DNA of 63,473 nt, the filler included, from Folioceros fuciformis (Eukaryota), in assembly GCA_049999805.1 (NCBI GenBank). It is 19 parts of 19 records of this genome, joined end to end, with 100 filler letters (N's around TTAATTAATTAA, not from the genome) between each part and the next. Parts side by side here need not be neighbours in the genome. Positions count along the whole stretch, not along the records: positions 36,747 to 42,158 come from JBNGIO010002874.1; positions 42,259 to 47,130 come from JBNGIO010002875.1; positions 47,231 to 51,951 come from JBNGIO010002876.1; 16 more parts are not named here. The stretch is one strand, 5' to 3'. Positions 36,747 through 50,400 of this stretch are shown here, piece after piece. Made by a program: the position numbers and the translations under genes. Below the pieces are notes generated by a model. The model ran no database searches. It was not told the origin of the DNA and worked only from the letters and a program-made list of their open reading frames with translations. How positions within the stretch are numbered: position 1 is the first letter of the stretch; every line of letters begins with the position of its first letter.

Positions 36747-39185
36747 TGCTTCGCCTTCTCAATGAAGGAGCTGAAGAGGTGTAATGTGTTGACCTTTAGG
36801 ATCAACCTTACCACCTCGGAGCCCATCTACAGGAGAAGGTACCGTCTCAGCAAGACAAAATGGGACATGGTAGACGCCCGTTGCGGGGAATTGCTGGAAG
36901 CAGGGTTGATCAGGTCCTCTAGCAATGACTATGCTGCTGCCACCGTGATGCCGCCCAAGAAGGATAGCCAAGGGCTATGGACTAAGAAGAGGATGTGTGA
37001 GGACTATCGTCCCATAAATGCAGCAACAGCACAGGATCAGTACCCGATGCCGACCCCTGAAGAAATTTTTGACTGCATTGGGCAGTCAGCCTTCTTCTCC
37101 TCACTTGACCTACGCCAAGGATTCAACCGGGTGCCGGTTGCTGAGGAGGACATCAAGAAGACTGCCTTCCATGGATCTCAGCAGCTGTGGGAGTGGCTGG
37201 TGATGCCTTTTGGATTTAAAAATGCACCAGTCACCTTCTAGAGGACAATGGATCTTGTACTAGCAGGTGCAACATATTTGATGTGCTACATTGATGATGT
37301 CCTTGTGCATAGCGAGGATTTTGAGCAGCACTTGGCACATCTAGAGGATTTGTTCCTTAGGTTGCGGACGGCTGAGCTCACGTGCCACCCCTCCAAATGT
37401 GAGTTTGGGATGAGCATTGTAGCATACTTGGGACACAAGATCGTGCCCAATGGAGTCATGCCTCATGCAATCAAGATCCAGGCCATTCAGCAGGTGAAGG
37501 AGCCCACCAATGTGTCAGCACTACGGGCATTTCTAGGATTGTGCTACTATTACAGGGTGTACATCCAGAATTTCAGCAGGATTGCTAAACCGCTGAACGA
37601 CCTATTGTGCAAGGACGTGGAGTGGCTGTGGGATGAGCATGCTCAACACTCTTTTGACACCTTGAAAGAGCGGCTCAGCACATCACCCATTATGGGTCGT
37701 CCCAATTTTGACAAGCCGTGTGCGCTTCATACAGACTGGAGTAGTCTAGGGCTGGGTGCTGTACTTGCGCAAGAGGATGAGTACGGGAAGGAACGTTTGA
37801 TTGCCTTTACCTCACGGAGCAACAGCCGTGCCGAGGCCAATTACAGCGGCTATGAGGGCGAATGCCTCACCGCTGTTTGGGCAATCTGCCACTTCAGACC
37901 TTACCTCTATGAGCAGCAGTTTACCCTTGTCACTGACCATCAGCCCTTGAAGTGGCTGATGACAAACACAAAGCTCAGCGAAAAACTTGCTTGCTGGGCC
38001 ATAATTTTGCAAGATTACAACTTCCATGTGGAGCATAGGCCAGGGGTGTCACATCAGAATGCGGACGCCCTCTTCAGGAATCTAGATAGCAGCTGTAGGG
38101 ATGCCACGGAGGCTAGGCAGGATGAGGATGATCAGCCACAAGGACAGGCAGATTTAGCTGTAGCTGCCTTGGTGGCCATGACATGCCTTGGACAGCTTCA
38201 GGTTGCAGCAGCTCAACATGTCCCCAGGGACATATGGGAGGACGAGCATACAATTCAGTTTGTGCAAACTGGCCATCTAGGTGAAGATTGGACAGTAGCA
38301 GAATGTGAGCAGGTACAGCAACTTGTTGCTGCCTACTACTGGAGAGATGGGTACCTCATCTAGAGCCGGGCCCATGGTGTGGAACGGCTGGTTCCACCTC
38401 CCAAAGATCGTGCTGATCTCATTCGAAGAGTACATGACAACATGGGGCATTTTGGAGTCAAGAGGACCTACAGCTTGCTCGCCCCTCACTTCCACTGGTT
38501 TGGCATGCATGCACATGTCCGGGAATGTGTCGCTTGTTGTGAGCCATGTAACCGCGTCAAGACATCCTTCACTATGTAGCACTCAGAGCTGCACCCACTC
38601 CCCATCATGGGGCTCTTCTTCAGGTGGTCCTGCGACCTCATAGGAGAGCTGCCCAAGACACCAACCGGTAACGTGTACATCTTGGTGATGATAGAGCACT
38701 TTAGCAAGTGGGTGGAGGCTGTCGAGTTGCCTGACAAGTCATCCAGGAGCACGTCACAGACTTTCTTGCAGAACGTGCTGAGCCGCTTTGGCAGCTACGC
38801 AGAGTGTCTCACTGACCAAGGTTCAGAATTCCGAGGGGAATTCCAAGACCTGTTGGATGTGGCACTAATTGACCACAGGAGGACCAGCAGGGACCACCCT
38901 CAGGCTGACGGGTTGGCTGAGAGGATGGTTCAAACCATCAAAAAAGAGCCTCCACAAGCTCTGTCTGCAGCAGCCGAAGGGGGATTGGGACATCATGCTG
39001 CCTTATATATTGATGGGGTACTGGATGAGCACGCACGCTGCCCTAGCTCATTTCTCACCCTATTTCCTTCTTTTTGGCAGGGAGCCTGTTCCACCTAGCT
39101 CCATTGCTAAACAGATGCAGGTTGTGGTCTCGCTGGATGATCCAGCCACTTGGGCTAGGATGATAGGTGACAGGGCTGCCCTTTT
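36747..39185 (+). pseudogene. Ty3/gypsy pol (RT-RNase H-integrase), truncated by a copia insertion; same family as 57683-60509
   Basis: DYRPIN, LDLRQGF, MPFGFKNAP, YIDD, HTDWS, TDHQPL, H..MGHFG...C..C, TDQGSEF, PQADGLAER. Confidence 0.95.
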
Positions 39186-41602
39186 AGTTAGAATTGCTAA
39201 CACGGAAGCAGATGCATTGAAAATGATCTATTAGCAAATTAATTAGGTGGATACAAAGGTAGGCCTTAAGCAGCAGTTTACGAAGGAGTGTGCCCTTTGA
39301 CTAACCTACCAGTTAACTAACTACACTTATAACTATATCTAGTTAGGCTAACCAACGTAATACAGAACCACGTGGTCTGCCTTATATTCCAACTCTCCCT
39401 CTCAAACACGTGTTGATTGTTGTTAGAAGAGAGCTCCTAAGTACAAACGGAGATCACTGCTGTTGACGCCAAGCTTTAAACATGTTCAAAACGGCTATCA
39501 CCTAGAGTCAGTATTCCTCACTCTTGTAGAGCCTGTAGTCTACTAGATCTCACAAAGTAGAACACCACTCCAGTGACCAGAAGAGAAGCATGCCAATTGC
39601 TTCATATCATCAACCTAAGTGACGGAATATTTGTGTAGTGAAAGGTCCTACCAAATAAGTGATTTGTCTAGTATCATATATCTACTACAATCCACCAGAA
39701 CAAGCCCTTCTCTGTGAAAACAGTGTTTGAACTTAGGCAAGGACTTGGTCAGGACATCTACTATGTTGTCGTCGATAGGTATAAATTGAACCTTGACGAT
39801 ACCTCTCTCAGCAGCATCGCTAATATAATGATGTTGAATTCCTATATGCTTGGTGCGTGCATGGAAGACAGGGTTAGCAACCAAAGCAATTGCTGACATG
39901 TTGTCACAATGCAAGACTGTTAGCTCTTCTTGCTTCATACCCAAGTCTTCACAAAGCTTCCTTTCCCACTCAGCCTCCTTAGTGGCTTTGGTGAGTGCCT
40001 TGTACTCAGACTCTGTGGAAGACAGGGATATGGCTGCTTGTTTTCTACATGACCAGTTAACTACAAAGGAGTTGGCCAGAAAACAATAAGCTGATATACT
40101 TTTTTGGGTGTCTGCATCGGAAGCCCAATCTACATCTACATAACAAGTTAGCTGCAGATGCTTCTTCCCGCTTGGCATATAGCAAAGGCCATAATTAGGT
40201 GTACCCTTAAGGTACCTCATAATGCGCTTGATAGCAACCCAGTGATCCTTTCTTGGGTTTTCAGAGAACTAGGCAACAGCGTTGACTGTGTTGGATATAT
40301 TGAGTCTTGTCTGAATACTCAGGAACATGAGGGTGCCAACTGCCATGCGATAAGGAATATTTTCCATCTCCTTTTTGTCTTCTTCAGATTGGGGACATGA
40401 GGCATATGAGAGCTTGACTCCAAACGCACCTGAGGTGGTTGATGCCCTAGCATTCTCCATGTTGAAGCGTTTGAGCATATCGGCTACATATCTACCTTGG
40501 TGAAGATAGATAGCACCTGTGGTATCCCTATGTACGTGCATGCCAAGGATATACTTAGCCTTTCTCAGGTCCTTCATCTCGAATTCCCTGCTGAGGTCAG
40601 CTTTTATCTTGTTGACCAGTTCAACATTATTGCCTGGAATAACTAAGTCATCCACGTAGAGTGCAACTAGAACAAGTGAGCTATCCTTGCATAGCACATA
40701 AATATTAGTATCTGCTTCACTTTGAACAAAACCTATTTTCTTAAGATATGAATCCACTCTCTCATACCACAGTCGTGGGCTTTGCTTAAGGCCATAAATT
40801 GAGCGATTAAGTTTACACACCTTTTGTGGACAAGCCTTATCTTCGTAATCCTTGGGTTGATCCATGTAGATCTCTTCCTTAAGATGACCATAGAGAAAGA
40901 CTGTACACACATCAAGCTGATAGATCTCCAAGTTTAGTTCAGCACATAAAGCAAGGAGCATTCTAATTGATGCAGCCTTGACGACGGGTGAGTAGACCTT
41001 ATCGCCTAGATAATCCATTCCCTCTTTCTGACTATATCCCTTAGCTACTAATCTCACCTTGTAGCAAATTCATGGCTCTACTTCCTGGAACTTAGTTTTA
41101 AGAACCCATTTGCACTTTACAGTGGTCCTAGCCTTAGGCAGACTAACCAAAGTCCAAGTGTTGTTTTTAAGTAATGAGTTGTACTCATCATCAATAGCCA
41201 GCTTCCATTTGGCTGCCTCGGGTCTCGAGTAAGCCTCCTGTAAGGTTAAAGGATCTCCCTGTGCAGCAGCAACACTTAAGGCATAGAGAGCATCCGAAGA
41301 ATTAACATAGGTTAAGCTAGATTGATTAAACTCAATATCAAATAGTTGTTCCTTCCAGAGATGCCTAGGCTGGCGCACACGAGTAGGATATCTACGCTCA
41401 GGAGCAGCCGGGGGCCTAGGTGGGGATGGAGGAGTGACAGGTGCTTGAGGAATATCATGGGGCACCACGTGTTCAAAATCAACATGTTCAACATCACCTT
41501 GTTCCGTATGTGGGTCCTCAGATACTACCTTGTGGTCTATTTCCATGTCCCCCTCTCGAGCAGGAACAAGTGAATCAGGAGCATGCTGCACTTGTGAAGC
41601 AG
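39186..41602 (-). mobile_element. Ty1/copia 3' half (linker-RT-RNase H), PPT and 3' LTR 39186-39394 with AG...CT termini
   Basis: ORFs 41070-41591, 40269-41057 (LYVDD, YGLKQSPR) and 39648-40220 (DVDWA, SLSSTESEY). Confidence 0.93.
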
Positions 41603-42158
41603 TGTAGGGTTATTAAAGCCCAATGTGCTTAGACTAATATGTTTAGTCTAAGATTAGTGTCTAGTTAAGTATCATTTTTTAGATTAGCTTAAGCTAATTT
41701 GTGGGAAGCTTCTTGTGCAGCTTCCTGTGGGCTTCTTGAGAAGCTTCCTAGGGAGCTCTTCTAGAGGGTATAAATACCCCCTTGAGCTCCCATGTATTTG
41801 TGTGACTCTATTGTGAGTGTGTGACCTCTGTTTCTCCTCCTCCTTGCCTCCTCCTCTCGTCTCCTTCACCATGTAGTTCCTAGAGCATTCCTTCAAGTGG
41901 TATCAGAGCTCAGGTTGTGGAACTTAAGTTGTGGAGCGAGATGGTCATGTCTGCAGGTGCCACGGACAAAGATCCGTGACAAAGGACATCTGGGAGGAGC
42001 ACGGAACTCCGAGAGCGAGGGAGCTGGAAGCTCGAGGTGCCGGGAGTTTGGGGCACCGGGAGGGTGTTGCCACACCACAGGGGCATCTGCCCCGGGCCAC
42101 CAGCGGGGGCTCCAGGCCCCTGGTCGGGGCGGGGCGGAGCACCTGCACGCTAGCAGCC
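41603..42158 (+). mobile_element. LTR family Y 5' LTR (41603-41895), PBS-iMet (41898-41909) and leader; second copy on minus strand, LTR 44903-45196, PBS 44890-44900
   Basis: TGTAGGGTTATTAAAGCC...CA-AG-TGGTATCAGAGC; GGGTATAAATACCC TATA box; two copies. Confidence 0.88.
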
Positions 42159-42258
42159 NNNNNNNNNNNNNNNNNNNNNNNNNNNNNNNNNNNNNNNNNN
42201 NNTTAATTAATTAANNNNNNNNNNNNNNNNNNNNNNNNNNNNNNNNNNNNNNNNNNNN

Positions 42259-44770
42259 GTACAAGGTCTATGACCCAGGCACAGGAAGAGTTACTCACGC
42301 TCGATTCGGAAAATTTGATGAGCATGCTGTGCTGACAACATGCATTGACCTGACCGAGTCTAGAGATGCCCATAATGATTCACAAGCAGGAAACAACCTC
42401 TTGGCCAACGTACCTGAGTTGGAAACGTCAACATTCCGGATAGACCAATACACGCATGAAGATGCTCAACAAAACAATCAGCAGCAACAGGCTGTGCAAG
42501 GACCAGGGCCAATTCATGTGCCAGAAGCCGTGAGCGTAGGAGATGTAGAATCAGAAGCTTCAGAGTCATATCAAGAAAAACTGGAAGTTTCAAGTAATGG
42601 CGCAGCTGACGCTGGCCCAGCTATGCTTTCAATTGAACCTGGGGTAGAGGTGCGTAGGTCGTCTAGAAGGCATACCTCGTCCCCCTTGGAATGGTCACAG
42701 GTGCCGTATGGATGGGAGGCAAACCTGAGCACGAATCAGTCCATGCATCATGCATATTTAGTGGCCTCTGATCTGGGAGAGCCCTCGTCCTATCAAGAAG
42801 CCTTAAAATCCGTTGATAAAGAAAAGTGGCAGGAAGCTATAAAGTCTAAGTACGAATCCTTGATACAAAATGGAACTTGGGAGTTGCAGGATTTACCAGC
42901 AGGCAGAACTGCAATCACGAATTGATGGGTCTTCAAAAGGAAGCTGAATCCCGATGGATCTACAGCTAGATTTAAAGCAAGGCTGGTCGTTCGAGGCTTC
43001 ACTCAGAGAGAAGGGATCGTCTACAATGAGACCTTCTCCCCAGTAGTCAGGTCGTCGTCGGTCAGAACTCTGTTTGCCATAGCTGCACAAGAAGGATTCC
43101 TCGTACACCAGATGGATGTACAGACAGCTTTTCTGAATGGGATTCTAGAAGAAGAGGTTTACATGGAACAACCTGAAGGCTACGTAGATTCCAAGCATCC
43201 AAACAAGGTGTGTAGGTTACGGAAAACCCAGTACCCATTGAGCTCAAGCAGTCACCCAGAGGTTGGAACAGGAGGCTGCATAAGTTTCTTATCAATGCAG
43301 GCTTCAGGCTGTCTGATGCAGATGGTAGCGTATATATATGAAAAAGATGGACAGATAGCTTATCTTGCAGTTTATGTGGATGACACGTTGATTGTAGGAT
43401 CGTCGATGAGCATGGTCGATGAAGTGAAGAACATCTTGTCCTCTGAATTCAGTATGTCAGATCTGGGTGCCTACACTTTCTTCTTGGGCGTTCAAGTTTT
43501 TGTTAATCGTGGGTCGAGTAGCATAAGGCTACATCAGAGACATTACGTGAACAAGCTATTAGAAAAATTCAACATGGCCCAAGCCAAGCCAGCAGCGACG
43601 CCGGCAGCAGTGGGAGCAATTTTGACACAAGATATGAGTCCTAAAACTGAGTTTGAGATAGCAGAGATGCGAGATGTGCCATACCGCATGCTTGTTGGCT
43701 GCCTGCTCTGGCTGAGTAATTGGACCAGGCCTGATATATCATATGCGACGTTGGTTGTGTCTCAGTTTCTATCCAACCCAGGCTTGCAGCACTGGTCCGC
43801 TGCAAAACGCATCCTAAGGTATTTAAAGGGCACGTCAGATATAGGATTGTTGTATGAAAAGAGTGAAGAATAACATGCATGTCAGATTCAGACTGGGCAG
43901 CAGACCGAGATTCGAGGAAATCTGTGTCAGCTTACTATGTAAAAGTTGGAGGATGTCTTGTGAGCTGGTCTTCGAAGAAACAGTCCATAATCGCGCTCTC
44001 TTCAACAGAAGCAGAGTATGCTGCTGCCACTTCGGCCACGCAAGAGGTTATGCACATGAGAATTTTGCTTGAATCATCTGGATACAAACAGGTTGAGCCT
44101 GCGAATATGTGGTGCGACAACCAGTCCGCGATTGCTATAGCGAGAAATCCAATTGCACATGCAAGGACACGGCACTTTGAGGTTAAACAACACTTCGTTC
44201 GAAAGGCGCTTGAAGACAACGTCATCAACCTTGAATATGTGCCAACCGAACAGAACGTGGCAGATCTACTGACCAAGGCCCTGCCCAAGGAGAGGCATTT
44301 GAGGCTCGTGAGTGCTTTAGGGCTGGCGACATCATCAGGATTCTCGCCGCCAGAACAGAGTGTCAATAATGAGCCTGCACATGGCAAATTCCACATCAAA
44401 CGTGTGCCGGAGGGCAGACGGAATGAGTCTGCGAAGTCGGGTACTTTGGTTGCAGGTGTGAACGACAAGAGAACATCAAAGAACCGGGATCGCAAGAGTG
44501 ATCGATAGCGCGTAAAGTGAAGTGCCAGACAGCGAGCTCAAAACGAGAGGGGCTCGAAGAGTAGATAGATAACCATAGCTAGTCTAAGTGGGAGTGAAAA
44601 ATATATATAAATAGATATATCTTAGCTATAGTTATTCACAATATATCAGTAATTAGTATATTTCAGATTTCATGGGACATGAACAATAACCGTATTAACT
44701 GTTTTTATGAGCGGGTGCATTTAAAGGTGCCCGCCAGCAGTAAAGACACTTCTTCTTTGTAAATTTCTAG
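42259..44770 (+). mobile_element. Ty1/copia 3' half: linker-RT-RNase H (to 44508), PPT ~44586-44594, LTR from 44595 (right boundary approximate)
   Basis: MDVQTAFLNG, VYVDD, SDSDWAAD, ALSSTEAEY, ADLLTKAL; frameshifts. Confidence 0.92.
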
Positions 44771-46026
44771 CCTTCACTGCAGAGCCTCCTCAAACGGCCA
44801 CTGGGATTCTGCCTTCACTGCAGAGCCTCCTTATGGCTCGGTGCACCTCGTCCGCAGTACCTGCCATCACCCTCTACTCCATAATCCTAGCTCAATACCA
44901 CTTGTAAGATCGCTACAAGGAGCTACATGGTGAAGGAGAGGAGAGGAGGAGGCAAGGAGGAGGAGAAAGAGAGGTCATACTCACACAATAGAGTCTCGCA
45001 ATGCAAGGGAGCTCAAGGGGGTATTTATACCCTCTAGAAGAGCTCCCTAGGAAGCTTCACAAGAAGCGCACAGGAAGCTGCGCAAGAAGCTTCCTACAGA
45101 TTAGCTTAAGCTAATCTAAACTAATGATACTTAACTAGACACTAATCTTAGTCTAAACACATTAGTCTAAGCACATTAGGCTTTAATAACCCTACAACTA
45201 GGTCTAAGGTAAATATATCAGACAATCGGGGAAGAGTCTCATGCGCACCATCGTTACAGAATGGAAAAAAGTCTTCAGCTTTCCACGGAATCGCGATTAC
45301 GCTTAAACCCAAGCGCTTCAAAAATTTGGTTTTCTTCATTACGCTGGACTTAGCGGCCGCCACCATAGCTCTTGACTTCCTTGTCACCATCATAATCAGC
45401 TGTTGCGCCAGCCGCCACTTGGAAGAGATGCAGATGCGCAGCGGGAGGATCCTTACTGAGCCATCGAGGGTTGAGAGGTGTAGAAGGCAGCCAAGAATTG
45501 AAGAAGAAGTCCGGGGTATGCTGAATTGGGTGAGCTGCGGATCACTGGAGGAGGTCATACGACTCGTGAATAGTTTCCCAGCAATTCTTGGGCCTCTCCC
45601 AGGGACAATTCAGGCCCCAGCATCTCAGGGACCTTAAACCCCAACAACCCAACTTCCATTTCTTGGAAATGGTTCTGCCCACCCTACTCGCCCAGCTCCA
45701 ATTGGCAACAGATAGGATCAAGGAGCTTGAGGATATGATTGCACTTGGAAGGAGACCATCCCCTAATGACGATTGGCAAGATGTGAAGCCGTTTGTGTAG
45801 AAGGGACTGCACTGCAAGTAGATTAGATACTAAGGTAAGCTTCATCCTTCTTGCAACGCAGTGTTTACTCCCTTTGTCTCCTCAAGTACTAATTCGCAGC
45901 AGCTGACTTGGCGGTGTGTATGTGGGGCTTGTGCAGTTATTCTATGTGTACGGAGGAAACATAGGCACAACTCATCAACACCTAGGAAACCTTTAGGTTC
46001 CTGCCCCACATCCCACAGATAAGTCA

Positions 46027-47130
46027 CTAGTTGTCCAAGTATCTTGAGTAATCATCAAGGCCTAAGCCTGACATGTGCTTGTAGTGTTTATGCTTCACCA
46101 AGCCCTTGGTTAACACGTCTGCAACATTGTCCTCTGTGTTTATGTAGCCAACCTTCACAGCTCCTCGCTCAATAGCATCTCTGATATAGTGATGCTGTAT
46201 TTTGATGTGTTTAGTGCGAGCATGGAACCTAGGGTTTGTGACGAGAGCAAGTGCAGACATGTTGTCACACAGTATTGAGATAGGTGCCTATTCAGTTTGC
46301 CCCAAGTCATGTAGGAAAGTCCTTTCCCATTCTGCCTCCTTCGAGGCATCTGTCAAAGACTTATACTCCGCTTCTGTTGATGACAGGGCAATGGACAACT
46401 GCTTTTTACATGACCAGTTTACAGTTGCGGATGTGAGCAAGAAACAGTATGTCGAGAGGCTTTTTCTGGAATCGCTGTCAGATGCCCAATTGGCGTCTGT
46501 AAAACCAGAAAGTGTAAGTCTCTCCTACTCAATCCTTCTGTAGGATAGGCCATATGTATGGGTACCCTTCAAGTACCTAAATATCCTTTTAACTGCACTC
46601 CAGTATGCCATGCCAGGCTTTTCCATGAACTGAGATATAGTGCTCACAAAGTACTAGATATTGGGCCTAGTCCAGTTTGCCACAAAAATCAGGCTTCCTA
46701 CAGCGTGCATGTAAGGTACATCATGCATGTCCTGAACCTCATCTGGAGTTTGTGGACACTGTAAACTGGTAAGCTTAGCCCATGTAGAGAAGGAGTAGTA
46801 GCAGGCCTGGCCTCATCAAGCTTGAATTTTTGCAAAATATCATTGATGTACTTGTATTGGTGCACTCTAATCAGTCCTTCCTCTCATACCCTTAGGATCT
46901 GTACCCCAAGACAGTGCTTGAGCTCACCAATATCTTTCATCTCGAATTTGGTGCTCAGCATAAGTTTGACTTTAGCTAATAGTGGTTGACTGTTTGTGGT
47001 GAGGATGGCATCGTCTACATACAGTGCCAACACCACGAAGTCATCACCTTTGCTCAGCCTATATACATTTGAGTCGGCAGTGCTCTGGACAAAGGAAATA
47101 CTAATAAGGTAAATATGCATGGTTATATAC
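46027..47130 (-). pseudogene. Ty1/copia RT-RNase H fragment
   Basis: LALYVDD, MKDIGEL..CLG, TDANWASD, HARTKHI, ADVLTK. Confidence 0.92.
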
Positions 47131-47407
47131 NNNNNNNNNNNNNNNNNNNNNNNNNNNNNNNNNNNNNNNNNNNNTTAATTAATTAANNNNNNNNNNNNNN
47201 NNNNNNNNNNNNNNNNNNNNNNNNNNNNNNCCAGAACCAGCCATGCTTGGATCCTGCACCCCAATTCCAGAACCCATAGAGTTCATACTTGAAGGTATTG
47301 CCTCCCACTTGCGCAATACCACTGCCGTCCAGTGAGACGGTGCATCTGCAACCTGGTTCCTGCACCCAATTACCACATTGCGTTAGGATCTAAACAACGC
47401 AATAAGA

Positions 47408-50400
47408 ATGTCAATCAAAATCGAGTTCAAGGACAGGGACAGGTTCAATGGATCAGACTTTGCAGTCTGGCAGATGCGGATGATAGCAATTTTTGAAGAG
47501 CACGAGCTTATGAACATTGTAGATGGCTCACTTGGACTTCCTTCGTCCAACCCAATACCACCTACAGGACAACCTGTAGTCGATGTTATTTCAACCTGGC
47601 ATAAAAAGGACAAGAAGGCCAGAAATATCTTACTTTCAGCACTCGACAGAAATATGATTTAGCACACGCAGGGACAAACGACTGCGCATGATGTCTGGAA
47701 AGTTTTTCTCGATATGTTTGCGGCCAAGGACTCTATGTCTCTTATAAACTGTACACGTATGTTTTACTCACTTTGAATGAAAGAAACTGAAACAGTGGAA
47801 CATCATCTCCACCGTTTTCGTACCTTGCGGGCTCGTTTGGCTGCAGCAGGAGACATCTTGACCGAGTTGAAGGCAGCTACTGTTCTGTTGACGTCCTTAC
47901 CACCAAGTTTCAGGACGTTTGTTAGTTCACAATCAACCTTGTTAAGACAACTGGGTTCATCTGTAACTCTGTCGGAGGTCATCGGAGCCCTACTGGAAGA
48001 GGAATCCAGTAGGATTGGGACTGGAAGACCGTCTACATCAAATCAACAGCATGTGTTATATACCTCTCGCAACCGAGGCAGAGGTAGAGGACGAGGACAA
48101 AATTTTGCTCCTCGACGTCCATATCTAGGACACCAAAACACTTATACTCCTCGCAGAGTTAAAGGCCCATGTAACTGGTGCTGTATCCCAGGGCATTTTG
48201 AGAATGAATGCCGTAAGAAACTTGCAGGCGAGCCTCGTCGACCTGCAGTACAAGTCGAAACACATGTAGCTGTTAGACCATCACCGACAAACAATAGCAA
48301 CAAGCCTCCGACGATACTAGCAATATGTTTATCTCTTACCAGAGCTGCCGCGAATATGTGGTTCCTCGACTCCGGAGCCACTAATCATGTCTGCCAATCA
48401 CGGGACATGTTCTCTACTTATACCTCCTCTCAAACAAGTCAGTTCGTGTTATTGGGAGATGACAGTGGTCTGTCCATCCAGGGGACAGGTGAGATTCCAC
48501 TACACCTAAATCATGGCCATAGCATATTGCTCACAGGGGTACTACATGTCCCCAGTATGACCAAGAATCAGCTTTCTGTTCACAAATTGACTTATGATCA
48601 TAGCCTGCAGATCATTTTTACCCCTTTCTCCTGTACAATCTCACCAGTTTCACAACCTTCTCTAACGTTGGCATACGGTTTCCCATATCATGACCTTTAC
48701 CACCTGCACGTAACCACCAATGATAGTAAGTCCCAGAAACAACATGCACAACAAACCTTTGTTGCAGACGCTAGACCTGAAGTGAGTCCCACTTTCCTTT
48801 GGCATTGCAGGCTGGGTCACCCTAGCCTAGCATACCTTGATCGTGTCGTGCAGCATAAGGACTAGTACAAGGATGGACTTACCCTTAAACCTGATGCCAC
48901 TTTGTTTTGTGAAAGCTGTCAAATAGGGAAACTCACACAAAAGCCATATAATGACCCTTTACCAACTAGAGCGACCTCTTTGTTAGAAGTGGTCCACTCG
49001 GATGTGTGCGGTCCTATGTCCACTCAGTCTTTTGGTGGCGCAGTTTATTTCCTATCTTTCCTGGACGAGTGGAGTTACTTCTGCAAGTTATATTTCCTGC
49101 ACAGCCGACAACAAGTATTCAGCAAGTTTTGCGAATACACAGCTATGGCAGAAACACAGACGGGGTGTAAGATCAAGCGTCTTTGGACAGATAATGCTAA
49201 GGAATACCTCAGTTCCGAGTTTTCGGACTTCTGTAAATCAAAAGGCATTGTGCACCAGTTGACAGTGCCATATCATCCTCCGCAGAATCCTTTTGCCGAG
49301 CGCTATAACAGGACACTACAAGAAAGGACAAGGGCTACACTTACACTGGCTGGCCTAACCCGGGGCTATTGGGCTGAAGCGGTAGATTCTGTTAATTATG
49401 TAGCAAATCGCCTTCCACTGAAGCCCTTATTCAATATTACGCCTTTTGAGCGATGGACTGGACACAAGCCCCGCATAAGCCACCTCCGGATTTTTGGCGC
49501 TGTGGCATACGCCTATGTACCTGCAGACAAACGTTATAAGATGGATAACAGGGCTACAAAACATGTCTTCGTTGGCTACTCCGACCACATCAAGGGTTAC
49601 AAGTTATACAATCCCGTCACTAGGGACTTATCAATTGCTCGCAGTGTGAGTTTCAATGAAACTTTTGTTCTTCAGTCACACTCACGCACAAGCTCAAGTC
49701 ATGAACCTTTACCTGTATCCTCTGTCTACAGCCATACTCCAGCAGATTATTTCTCTGATCAGCCTATCCAGTCAGACCTGGAGGACACCTCTTTTGTTCT
49801 TTCTGACTATGACTCTGAAGAAGCACAAGTCACAGTACCTTCTACCCTGGATAATCCACAGCCAGCCTCGACGAACAGCTTGAACGATGGCCTCCCACCT
49901 GCCGAGATAAACATGCCTTTGCCTGAGAGGGATGATCTAGGTCTTACAGAAGCCACTGATCCGGGAGCTCCAGAGCAAATGAATATACCTTTTCGTCGTT
50001 CTTCACGTCCTCATCGTCCTCGTTCAGCCTGGCTAGACCCCCCTTACGAGCCTGGTGATTCCTTAGTCTCCTGGTCTGCTGTTGACGTCAGTGTTTTCGA
50101 TAGCTCACGTGCCAGCCTAGCCCAAGTGTCTCAGCACACAGCCATGACCATTATGGAACATCCTGACACGCCACTCACATACAAGGAAGCTCTCAGTTCC
50201 CCACATAAACATGACTGGCAGAAAGCAATAGATAGCGAGTACAAACCTTTGATGGATAACCACACTTGGCGACTGGTTAAATTACCAGCTGGGAGGAGAG
50301 CCATTACCAGCAAATGGGTCTTCAAGTTGAAACTACATCCTGATGGGTCTGTTGCAAGGTACAAGGCCCGCCTTGTTGCTCGTGGCTACACCCAAGTGCA

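Noticed and set aside
45430-45840. MQMRSGRIL... gag-like start
   Set aside because: Too short and broken to assign; no PBS or LTR link found
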